Of a DNA stretch of 64,000 nucleotides, positions 10,780 through 19,140 are shown piece after piece. Within the stretch, counting starts at the first letter, position 1; every line of letters starts with the position of its first letter. Below the pieces are notes generated by a model. The model did not search any database. It worked only from the letters and a program-made list of their open reading frames with translations, and was not told where the DNA came from. Position numbers and translations under genes: made by a program. Source of the DNA: Alphaproteobacteria bacterium (GTDB taxonomy: Bacteria > Pseudomonadota > Alphaproteobacteria > UBA7887); NCBI GenBank assembly GCA_965216755.1, contig CBDCGL010000011.1, forward strand, positions 3,584,001 through 3,648,000, given 5' to 3'.

Positions 10780-11172
10780 TCAGTTTAAGCGTTTTTCGGT
10801 AAACGGACTGTCCAGCGAAAAAGCGGGGATGGCCACATCAAAACGCTCACCGGACGATGTCACCATTTCATAGGTGCCGACCATGATTCCGGACGGCGTC
10901 GAAAGCGGCGTGCCACTGGTGTATTCAAAGGTTTCGCCGGGGCTCAAAACCGGCTGCTCACCCACCACACCAGCTCCGTGAACTTCTTGGGTGCGGCCGT
11001 GATCGTCAGTGATTTGCCAATACCGGTTGCGTAATTGAACAGTCTCGCCACCTTGGTTCTCGATCCGTACCTGATAAGCGAACACGAAATGGTCGTCCTC
11101 GGGGGACGATTGATCGTCCAGGTAAAAGGGCTTGACCGTAATTCTTATTTTACGAGTGACTTGCTCGTACAT
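10780..11172 (-). CDS. apaG: ApaG protein
   Basis: [48 protein letters not shown]. Confidence 0.95.
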   Translation of the reverse strand: MYEQVTRKIRITVKPFYLDDQSSPEDDHFVFAYQVRIENQGGETVQLRNRYWQITDDHGRTQEVHGAGVVGEQPVLSPGETFEYTSGTPLSTPSGIMVGTYEMVTSSGERFDVAIPAFSLDSPFTEKRLN

Positions 11173-11314
11173 TTTGTGCCCCGGTCTAACGTCGCGGCGG
11201 ACGCGCCATCAACCGCCCAGCCGGCCGCGATCCGTCTACCTAACTTAGGGGGAAGTCGTCATCCTTGTCTAGGCCACCCAAGGACCGTCGTCGCCGAGGC
11301 GCGGCCTCGGGCGC

Positions 11315-12274
11315 TTACGCCACACTGCAGGAGCCGCCACCCAAAACACAAAAGCGCGCACAATGCGGGTGATTCAGCCGAACGGCCGCGGCGCCATCAG
11401 CAAGTGTCGGGCCAAGGACGAAGCGGTGATCATACGGGAGCAGGGTACACGGCATGACAACCGGCGTGGCCGCCCCTTTGTGTTTCACGATCATGCGCGA
11501 CGTCGCGCACATCAATGTGTCGGGGTGTACATCCAGTATGTCCCAACAGGACTCGGTAATCTCTGGCACATCGGCGTCTTCGTCCATTTCTGGGAACAAA
11601 ACCAGGGCGGTGCAGTTGGCGGCATCGATTGGCACGTCCAACGCCGCGAACAAACGCCGATAGCCGTTGCGCATCGCGGCTTCGTTTTCGCCCCATTTCA
11701 AGCGGCCCGCGATATTGATCCTAAAGCCGTTTTTGCTCAACCACTTAATGCCTTTGATTGTCGGTTCCCAAGAGCGTGCGCCACGTTCGGTTTCATGCAG
11801 AGCCCGCGCGTAGTGATCCAACGACACCCGGATCGTCAGGCGGTCGCGGTCAGCGGGCGCAATCGCCAACAAATCGTCGGCGCTCTTCATCATTGGTCGC
11901 ATCGCATTGGTCAAGACCAAGACCCGAAAGCCCCGGGTCAGGCACAACCGGATCATGGGCAACAAGTCGGGGTTCATAAAAGGCTCGCCACCGGTGAAAC
12001 CGATTTCTTGCGTAGACAGGCCGTTGGCGGCGATTTCATCCAAATAAGCCTGTACGTCGTCACGTGACAAATAGGCCAGCCGATCGTTGGTCGGACTGGA
12101 TTCGATATAACAGTTGGCGCAGGTCAAATTGCACAAAGTGCCGGTATTGAACCACAGCGTCTGAAGCGCTGTTGGCCGCACGCTGGCGCGGACCTCTCCC
12201 GTGGCCGTCAGCTCAGGGTCTTTGAACTTACGGAGGTCTAGTTGGTCCACTTTTGCCGCGGCTGCTGATGACAT
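11315..12274 (-). CDS. Radical SAM protein of unknown function with Cys-rich C-terminus
   Basis: CxxxCxxC (CNLTCANC), FTGGEP, LTN; C-terminal HPHCARFCVLGGGSCS. Confidence 0.88.
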   Translation of the reverse strand: MSSAAAAKVDQLDLRKFKDPELTATGEVRASVRPTALQTLWFNTGTLCNLTCANCYIESSPTNDRLAYLSRDDVQAYLDEIAANGLSTQEIGFTGGEPFMNPDLLPMIRLCLTRGFRVLVLTNAMRPMMKSADDLLAIAPADRDRLTIRVSLDHYARALHETERGARSWEPTIKGIKWLSKNGFRINIAGRLKWGENEAAMRNGYRRLFAALDVPIDAANCTALVLFPEMDEDADVPEITESCWDILDVHPDTLMCATSRMIVKHKGAATPVVMPCTLLPYDHRFVLGPTLADGAAAVRLNHPHCARFCVLGGGSCSVA

Positions 12275-12516
12275 AGCTTGTCCTTAAAACGTTGATTCCA
12301 ATCGCATCTTTATGGATTGCATGGTCGGAATGCGATTCCGCACATGAGCGCCGGTCTTGTCCTGGCCGCCGGCGGCGCCGCAGACCCTATGGCCGGGGCG
12401 CGTTTTGTCAATGTTCGCGACGCCAGTTCATCAAATTGTCAAGAGCCCGCCACAATATCGGCCGGCCAAATTTGATTGCGCCCTGGTCGCGGACGGCACA
12501 ATATGTCGCCCTCCTT

Positions 12517-12591
12517 GCGGGTGTAGTTCAGTGGTAGAACGACAGCTTCCCAAGCTGTATGTCGTCGGTTCGATTCCGATCACCCGCTCCA
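12517..12591 (+). tRNA. tRNA-Gly (anticodon CCC)
   Basis: Cloverleaf: acceptor GCGGGTG/CACCCGC, D-arm GTTC/GAAC, anticodon arm ACAGC-TTCCCAA-GCTGT, T-arm GTCGG-TTCGATT-CCGAT, discriminator T and encoded CCA. Confidence 0.97.
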
Positions 12592-12619
12592 CGATCACCC
12601 GGCAAGATTTGGCCGGATA

Positions 12620-13444
12620 TCAGCCCCTGACGGCGCCGGCGGTCAATCCGGCGACGATGCGGCGCTGAAACAGCATGACCAAAAGGATGAGTGGCACCGT
12701 CACGATCACCGACGCCGCCATCAGCTGACCCCACGGCAGTTCGTGACTGCTGGCGCCCGACATCAGCGCGATGGCCACGGGTACCGTGCGCTGGTCGTTG
12801 GTCAGCGTAAAGGTGAGGGCAAACAGAAACTCGTTCCAAGCCGCAATGAACGCCAATAGGCCGGTCGATACCATGGCGGGTGCCATCAGCGGCAATAGTA
12901 TGCGGATCAGTAATGTCGCCGGCCCGGCGCCGTCGATCTTGGCGGCGTCCTCGATTTCCACCGGGACTGCGCGGACAAATGTGGTCAGCACCCAAACCGT
13001 GAAAGGCAGGGTCAATATTAGGTAAGATAACATTAGGCTCGCCAGGCTGTTGTAGAGACCCAGCCCGCGGATCAGCGCGAACATACCTGACAAAACCGCG
13101 ATTTGTGGAAACATCGATACCGCCAGCAGTGTCATCATGACGGTCGCGCGACCGCGAAATGCATGCCGCGCCAGGCCATAGGCGGTTGATAGGCCCAGTG
13201 CTACCGACAAGCCAACCACGACGGTCGCGACCAATATTGAGTTCAGCAGACTGGTCGCGAAGGCCTGTTCACCAAAGACCGCGCGGTAATTCTGACCGGA
13301 CGGGGCCGCGGGCCACAGGCTCGGATCGAACAGCGCGCTGCCGGACTTCAGCGACGAGCTAATCGCATAGACAAACGGTAGCAGCGCATAGGCGGCGATA
13401 AACAGCACCGCGAGCGCAAACCCGACGCGGGCCAAGGCGTTCAT
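12620..13444 (-). CDS. Carbohydrate ABC permease (MalG/ThuG-like)
   Basis: EAA loop EIEDAAKIDGA, FIAAWNEFLFAL, FQRRIVAGLTAGAVRG. Confidence 0.9.
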   Translation of the reverse strand: MNALARVGFALAVLFIAAYALLPFVYAISSSLKSGSALFDPSLWPAAPSGQNYRAVFGEQAFATSLLNSILVATVVVGLSVALGLSTAYGLARHAFRGRATVMMTLLAVSMFPQIAVLSGMFALIRGLGLYNSLASLMLSYLILTLPFTVWVLTTFVRAVPVEIEDAAKIDGAGPATLLIRILLPLMAPAMVSTGLLAFIAAWNEFLFALTFTLTNDQRTVPVAIALMSGASSHELPWGQLMAASVIVTVPLILLVMLFQRRIVAGLTAGAVRG

Positions 13445-14382
13445 GGCGTCGACACCGCGTCCCCGGCGCGGGTGGCGACGAGATACAGAGCAATGACGCC
13501 GCCAATGATGAAAAAGGTCGCGGTGGCGGCGGCCGCGCCATAGCCAGCTAAACCGAAATCGACCAGTTGCTGGCGCGTGTATATAGACATGCTCATGGTT
13601 TCACGGCTATTCGCGGCCAAGACGTAGATCACATCGAACACGCGCAAGGCGTCGAGCAGGCGGAAGATCACCGCGACCACCAGCGCCGGCATGATCAAAG
13701 GCAAGGTGATGAACCAGAATACGGCCAGCGCCGGAACACCATCGACTTTGGCCGCTTCATAGCAATCCCCGGGCACCAGTTGCAGCGCGGCCAGCACCAG
13801 CAACGTCACGAACGGCGTTGTCTTCCACACATCGACCGCGATCACGCTGGCCATGGTGAGGGCAGGATCGGCGGTCCAGGCGAGCGGCTGGCCGATCAGG
13901 CCGAGGGTCAACAGCGCCGCGTTGACCAGGCCATATTGGTCATGGAGCATCCACGCCCATATTTTCGCCGACACCACCGTTGGTACTGCCCAGGGTACCA
14001 ATACCAATGCGCGGATCAACGCGCGGCCCGGAAAGGACATATTCAGCACCACGGCGATCGCCACGCCAAGGACGGTTTCCAGCGATACCGAGACCAACGC
14101 AAAAACAACGGTGTTGCGGACCGCCCGCCACCAATCCGGGTCGGCAAGCAAGCCATAGGCGCTGCCGTCCTCGACCACCCAATAATTCTCGAAACCGATC
14201 CAGCTGCCACCGCCGCCGAGCGTCGTGTCAGTGAAACCAAGCCAGAAATTGTGGACCAACGGCCAACCGGCGACCAATACCAGCACCGCGAGCGTTGGCG
14301 TCATCAAAAGCCAGGCCGCGCGCCGTTGTCGTTGCGTCAGGTTCCCATCGACCGGTCGGCGCGTCACGCCGCTACCAGCCAC
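13441..14382 (-). CDS. Carbohydrate ABC permease (MalF/ThuF-like)
   Basis: WIGFENY, PWAVPTVV, DVWKTTPF, YEAAKVDG, RLLDALRVFD. Confidence 0.9.
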   Translation of the reverse strand: MAGSGVTRRPVDGNLTQRQRRAAWLLMTPTLAVLVLVAGWPLVHNFWLGFTDTTLGGGGSWIGFENYWVVEDGSAYGLLADPDWWRAVRNTVVFALVSVSLETVLGVAIAVVLNMSFPGRALIRALVLVPWAVPTVVSAKIWAWMLHDQYGLVNAALLTLGLIGQPLAWTADPALTMASVIAVDVWKTTPFVTLLVLAALQLVPGDCYEAAKVDGVPALAVFWFITLPLIMPALVVAVIFRLLDALRVFDVIYVLAANSRETMSMSIYTRQQLVDFGLAGYGAAAATATFFIIGGVIALYLVATRAGDAVSTP

Positions 14383-15643
14383 CGCGGCGTCGCAGGCGGG
14401 TCAGTGTTCGTTCCAAGGCGGCGACGCTTTCGGCACCCGATCGGCGGCCGGCAAGCACGTCGTGGACCGCGTTGGCGAACGCGACCGACACTTGATTGTA
14501 GCTTTCACCGGTCGTTTGAGATGGCCGCGCGACCGCATCGGCCATGGCATCCCGCAAGAGGACGAGATAGGGATTGGCGGCGCGCACATCCGCATCGTCG
14601 TAGAGTGCGGCAATGGTCGGATTGAAGCCGCCCGCCAAGGCGCGGCGCTTTTGCTCGTCAGGCCCGGTCAAATAACGAACCAGATCGATGGCAATCTCGG
14701 CATGGGCGCTGTAACGCGACACCGCCAGCTGCCAGCCGCCGAGCGTGGCGGCGCGCTCGCCACCGCTGCCGGCGGGCAGGGCCGCGACCCCGACATGGCC
14801 TTTGACTGGGCTATCGGCGGCATTCGCCAACGTCCAGGCATAGGGCCAATTGCGCATGAACACCGCATCGCCGGCCTGAAACACGGCACGCGCTTCCTCC
14901 TCGCCGTAGCCTAGGACACCGGGCGGCGATATCGAGCCGACCCAGCCCGCTGCGCGGTCCAGTGCGATCGCCGCGGCGGAGTTATCGGCCGTGATCGCGC
15001 CGTCGGCGTCGACAATCGTGCCGCCGCCCTCGCTGACCAGCCATTCCAGGGCGTTGCAGGTGAGCCCCTCATAGGCTTTGCCCTGCCAGACATAGCCCCA
15101 CAGATTGGTATTGCCGACAGCCCGCTCCGCGCCTTGGATGGCGGCGGCGGTGGCGGCCAGCGCCTGCCAGGTTTCGGGTACCGAAAAGCCATGGGCGTCG
15201 AGCAGGTCACGCCGGTAGTAAAGCAGGCCGGCGTCGGTGAACCACGGCATGGCGACCAGGCGGCCATCGACCGTGTTGTTGGCGATCAGCGCCGGCACAT
15301 GTTGCGCGGTGGTGTCGCCGACATAGGGGCCGAGGTCAATCAGGTGTGGGGCCAACAAGCCGGGCCAGATGACATCGATTTGGAAGACGTCAATATCGTC
15401 GGCACCGGCGGCAAACAGTTGTTGATAGAGCGCCAGCCGCTCGGTCGCCGAATTGGGTGTCGACACCACGCGCACCGTATGGCCCGATCGCGCCGCCCAG
15501 GCGTCCGCGCCGTCGCGGCACAGTTCCAATTCCGCGCCCAGGGCGCTACACGATATAGCGATTTCGGCGGCCCTGGCCGCACCCGCCGCGAAACCAAAGC
15601 TGACCGACAAGATAATTCCGATGATCCGCGTGCGCTTGAGCAT
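14372..15643 (-). CDS. Carbohydrate ABC substrate-binding protein (trehalose/maltose-binding type)
   Basis: Signal peptide from ATG 15643; DVFQIDVIWPG, WQGKAYEGLTCN, FMRNWPYAW, TLGGWQLAVS. Confidence 0.88.
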   Translation of the reverse strand: MLKRTRIIGIILSVSFGFAAGAARAAEIAISCSALGAELELCRDGADAWAARSGHTVRVVSTPNSATERLALYQQLFAAGADDIDVFQIDVIWPGLLAPHLIDLGPYVGDTTAQHVPALIANNTVDGRLVAMPWFTDAGLLYYRRDLLDAHGFSVPETWQALAATAAAIQGAERAVGNTNLWGYVWQGKAYEGLTCNALEWLVSEGGGTIVDADGAITADNSAAAIALDRAAGWVGSISPPGVLGYGEEEARAVFQAGDAVFMRNWPYAWTLANAADSPVKGHVGVAALPAGSGGERAATLGGWQLAVSRYSAHAEIAIDLVRYLTGPDEQKRRALAGGFNPTIAALYDDADVRAANPYLVLLRDAMADAVARPSQTTGESYNQVSVAFANAVHDVLAGRRSGAESVAALERTLTRLRRRGGW

Positions 15644-15797
15644 GACAGGCTGATTCCTGAAGTGCGACGTGGCGTCTGTCAACGTTCCGACGGCCCCTCA
15701 CCCTTGTCGCGGCTTTGCAGAACCTGCTTGCTTGTGTAGGGTCCGGCGCGATAACCCCGTTCGCGCCGCATGCGCGAGCCCAGCAAGTGAGCCGATC

Positions 15798-17129
15798 TTG
15801 TCAAAGCAATCCTTGGCGCCGCCCTCCGGCAGCCGCGATTTCTTGCCTGAGGAAGCGCGCTTCCGCAGCCACGTTTTGGCGACAATAGAACAAACTTTTG
15901 CGATGCACGGATTTGAACCGATGCAGACGCCGGCCTTCGAACGCATCGAGACCCTTTCGGGTAAATATGGCGATGAAGGCGAAAAGCTGATCTTCAAGAT
16001 TCTCAAACGTGGCGAAAAGGCGGCCAGCGGCGAAGCGGATCTGGCGTTGCGGTATGATCTAACCGTGCCAGCCATGCGGGTTTACGCGCATCGCCGCAAT
16101 GAATTGCCGACCCTGTTCAAGCGTTCGCAAATTGGTCCCGTGTGGCGCGCGGACCGGCCGGGACGCGGGCGCTTTCGGGAGTTCTATCAATGCGACGTGG
16201 ACATCATCGGCAGCGCTTCGCGGCTCGCCGATGTCGCCGTAATTCAGGCCTTGGCCGACGCCCTTGATGCGGTTGGGTTGGATGATTTCCACATCCGTTT
16301 GAATTCGCGTCATGTCCTGAAGGGAATGATGGATTGCTACGGGGTTCCCGAACCCGCGCAGGCGGCGGCGATTACGGTTCTGGACAAGATCGACAAGATC
16401 GGGGTCGAGGGCATCACCGAAGAAATGGCGGCTTTGACGGCCGACGGCGTCTCATTGTTTGCGCCGCTGCTGGCAGATTTGGCTGCCGATGATTTCGAAC
16501 AGCGCTTGCGTGGGCGGCTGGTGGAGTCCGATGTCGGGCAGATGGGTTTGTCGGAAAGCGACGAGATCGTCGCGCGCTTGACCGATCTCATGCCGCCCGG
16601 TCGCATCGCCTTTGATCCGATTTTGGCGCGTGGGCTCGACTATTATACGGGGCCGATCTTCGAATTCGTTGCCCATGGCGGCGCCGGGTCGATTGCCGGC
16701 GGTGGCCGCTACGACAATCTGGCCGGCCTATTTCTAAAGACGTCGGTGCCGGTGTGCGGTGGGTCGCTGGGCATTGAACGCATTTTGCTGTTGCTCAAGG
16801 CGCGGCAATCATCGGCGCAGCTGGCGGACGGTCCGGTGTATGTCACCGTGTGGGATGAGACCTTGGCCAGTGCATCATTGGCGTTGGCGGCTGAATTGCG
16901 CGCTGCCGGAATGGCCGCTGAAATCAGTGTCGTCGACGGTAAGCTCGGCAAGCAACTCCGCACCGCCGACAATCGCGCTTGCCGCGTTGCCGTTGTGCTG
17001 GGCCCCGACGAACATGACGCCGGTACGGTCGTGGTTAAGAACATGGTCGCCGGAAGCCAAGAGACCGTGGCGCGCGCCGCCCTTATCGACGCCGTGAAGC
17101 GGGCGCTCAACGCCGCCGAATCGCGATAA
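15798..17129 (+). CDS. hisS: Histidine--tRNA ligase
   Basis: GSRDFLP, LRYDLTVP, WRADRPGRGRFREFYQCDVD, RGLDYYTG, GGGRYD, GIERI, plus a C-terminal anticodon-binding domain (so not HisZ). TTG start inferred. Confidence 0.93.
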   Translation: MSKQSLAPPSGSRDFLPEEARFRSHVLATIEQTFAMHGFEPMQTPAFERIETLSGKYGDEGEKLIFKILKRGEKAASGEADLALRYDLTVPAMRVYAHRRNELPTLFKRSQIGPVWRADRPGRGRFREFYQCDVDIIGSASRLADVAVIQALADALDAVGLDDFHIRLNSRHVLKGMMDCYGVPEPAQAAAITVLDKIDKIGVEGITEEMAALTADGVSLFAPLLADLAADDFEQRLRGRLVESDVGQMGLSESDEIVARLTDLMPPGRIAFDPILARGLDYYTGPIFEFVAHGGAGSIAGGGRYDNLAGLFLKTSVPVCGGSLGIERILLLLKARQSSAQLADGPVYVTVWDETLASASLALAAELRAAGMAAEISVVDGKLGKQLRTADNRACRVAVVLGPDEHDAGTVVVKNMVAGSQETVARAALIDAVKRALNAAESR

Positions 17130-17934
17130 AGCGACCGCCACCGAGCGACCCATGGTCGATCAGGGCGATGAATTGGCGATAGGCTTCAACATAGGCCTCA
17201 TGGCGGTCGCGACCGAAAAGCCGCACGGTATCGTCTTCCATGTTGCGGAACATCTCGTAACGAGCATGCAAGATATCGCGCCACGCCGCCGACGTGTCTT
17301 CGCTGGCGATGTCGGTAAAGCCGGCGGCGCCAAGTAGCCTTTCATATTCGGCGACGCTGTTGATGGTGCCGATCGGCATGCCGGTCTTTAACGCCGCGAA
17401 AGTTTCGGCATCAAACGCACCGCGCCGCACCCAGTCGGTGAAGCCAAGTCCGCCGCCGCCGTTGAGGGAACGAAAACAGCCGCCCAGCAGGGCCGGCTTA
17501 TCCGCGATATGCAAAAACGCTTCTTGCCCAATGGCGGCGTCGAAGCTGCCGGCGGCCACCGGCAGGCGGGTCGCGTCGCCGCGCACATAGTGGACCTGTT
17601 GCGCCAAGCCCACCCGCGCGGTCAAGCGCGCCGCGCCGATTACCCGCCGCCAATTGAAATCGACACCGACCACCTGGCAGCCATAGCGATGGGCCAAATA
17701 ACGCGCGCTGCCACCGAGTCCGGAGCATACATCCATGACCCGTGAGCCGGGACCGACATGAAGCGCGGCCGCCAGCACGTCGGTCGCCGCCAAGCCGCCA
17801 TAGTGATCCTGATCGTGCGGCGACAGATCTTCGGGCGTCAGGTGATCAAGGGCCTTGCCGTCGCGTTGCACGGCAGCCTCGATTTGCGCCTCGTTGATCG
17901 GGTGTTCGTCATAGAACGTCGTCAGGTCGACCAT
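17107..17934 (-). CDS. Class I SAM-dependent methyltransferase
   Basis: Motif I VMDVCSGLGG, GDATRLP, SFDAA; DQDHYGG upstream. Confidence 0.85.
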   Translation of the reverse strand: MVDLTTFYDEHPINEAQIEAAVQRDGKALDHLTPEDLSPHDQDHYGGLAATDVLAAALHVGPGSRVMDVCSGLGGSARYLAHRYGCQVVGVDFNWRRVIGAARLTARVGLAQQVHYVRGDATRLPVAAGSFDAAIGQEAFLHIADKPALLGGCFRSLNGGGGLGFTDWVRRGAFDAETFAALKTGMPIGTINSVAEYERLLGAAGFTDIASEDTSAAWRDILHARYEMFRNMEDDTVRLFGRDRHEAYVEAYRQFIALIDHGSLGGGRFIAIRRR

Positions 17935-17978
17935 GACCGCACAGTAACGGGCATGGCGGCGGCCTGTACAGATCCGCG

Positions 17979-18299
17979 TCAAGCGGCCGCGATCGGATCC
18001 TTCTCCGCGGACGTCACGACCAACGATACCGGCTTTGCTGCCGGCCCCTCAATACAACGTTCTTTCAAGCCCTCGGCAAAGGGTTTGAAATAGGGTCGCG
18101 CCTGAAACCTTTGCAGCGCCTCTTCGTCCGCCATCCAGGCATGGTGGGTGAACGAGACCCCGTCATTGTCGACATAGACCGAATATTGAACGCTCGGATC
18201 GTTTTCGGCGCGGATTGCGGCGACGAAGTCGCGCACCGCGACATCCTGCGCGTCGCGGGCATCGTCGCGAATGCGATAGCGGATCATGAATGTCGGCAT
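17979..18299 (-). CDS. Small ABM-like (dimeric alpha+beta barrel) protein
   Basis: 106 aa with ABM-like pattern; in operon with SRPBCC and ArsR genes. Confidence 0.6.
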   Translation of the reverse strand: MPTFMIRYRIRDDARDAQDVAVRDFVAAIRAENDPSVQYSVYVDNDGVSFTHHAWMADEEALQRFQARPYFKPFAEGLKERCIEGPAAKPVSLVVTSAEKDPIAAA

Positions 18300-18302
18300 G
18301 AT

Positions 18303-18767
18303 CTAAGCAGCTCCTGCGTCTTGCGGCTTGGTCCACGGATCGACGCCGGCGCTGCCGCCAGCCGCGGCAACTTCGAGCCGGGCGATATAGTGATCCCAAC
18401 CCTCGCCATGGCGTTGCAGCCATTCGCCACTGAGGCCGGAATGGACAAGCCGTACCAAGGTGCCCGAATCTTGCGGGGTCAAGGTAATTTCCACTTGGCT
18501 GGCGCCGGGCGGTACGGCCTCGCCACCTTCCCAGCCCCAGGTAAAGACCACGCGCTGATTGGGCGTGACTTCCACGAATGCGCCCTTGGCCACATTGTCC
18601 CCGGTCACATTGACCCGATAGATGCCGCCGGGGCGCGGGTCTGAATCTGCTTCCGTGCCGATCCACTGCGTGATCTTGTCCGGGTCGGTCAGAAACGGAA
18701 ACACTGTTTCCGGTGGCGCCTTGATGAACACTTCACACTCCAGGCGGTCATCATGAATGGTCGCCAT
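18303..18767 (-). CDS. SRPBCC/AHSA1-domain ligand-binding protein
   Basis: IKAPPETVF.FLTDPD.ITQW, DPRPGGIYR, FTWGWEG, HGEGWDHYIARL. Confidence 0.9.
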   Translation of the reverse strand: MATIHDDRLECEVFIKAPPETVFPFLTDPDKITQWIGTEADSDPRPGGIYRVNVTGDNVAKGAFVEVTPNQRVVFTWGWEGGEAVPPGASQVEITLTPQDSGTLVRLVHSGLSGEWLQRHGEGWDHYIARLEVAAAGGSAGVDPWTKPQDAGAA

Positions 18768-19080
18768 CGTCCTCGCCTCTCTGTTGAAATTCGGCCTCGG
18801 CGGCGGATTTCAAGCGGCTCAAATTGTCCCGCCAGAAATCATCCAGATAGGCCTTGAGCTCCGCCAAGCGGTCCGCCCGCGTGCGATAGTAGCGGTGGGT
18901 GCCCGATTTGCGCACGATCACTAGGCCAACATCTTCCAACACGCGCAGATGTTGGGATATGGCCGGGCGGGTGACGTCAAACCGTGCCGCAATCGCCCCC
19001 GCGGACATTTCATGCGCCGAGATCATGCGCAAAATCGCCCGACGATTGGGCTCGGCTATGGCGCGTAATGCTTCATCCAT
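18751..19080 (-). CDS. ArsR/SmtB-family transcriptional regulator
   Basis: ALRAIAEPNRRAIL, AISQHLRVLEDVGLV; no Cys in the protein. Confidence 0.92.
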   Translation of the reverse strand: MDEALRAIAEPNRRAILRMISAHEMSAGAIAARFDVTRPAISQHLRVLEDVGLVIVRKSGTHRYYRTRADRLAELKAYLDDFWRDNLSRLKSAAEAEFQQRGEDDGDHS

Positions 19081-19104
19081 GACGATAACAAAACCGAAAA
19101 ATTT

Positions 19105-19120
19105 GTAAGTGTCAACTTAC
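19105..19120. promoter_or_regulatory. Palindromic operator GTAAGT-GTCA-ACTTAC overlapping a minus-strand TTGACA -35 box
   Basis: Perfect 6-4-6 inverted repeat 25 nt upstream of the ArsR ATG. Minus-strand TTGACA at 19115-19110. Confidence 0.7.
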
Positions 19121-19140
19121 GAATGGAGGCGGACGTGCTT

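Noticed and set aside
11315-11335. Selenocysteine read-through at the radical SAM C-terminus
   Set aside because: The stop codon is TAA and there is no in-frame TGA.
10050-12274. folE plus radical SAM as a queuosine or 7-deazaguanine modification cluster
   Set aside because: No queC, queD, queF, tgt or dpdA, and the radical SAM protein lacks QueE features.
12517-12620. tRNA-Gly as an integration site for a genomic island
   Set aside because: No integrase nearby, and I saw no duplicated tRNA 3' end in the window.
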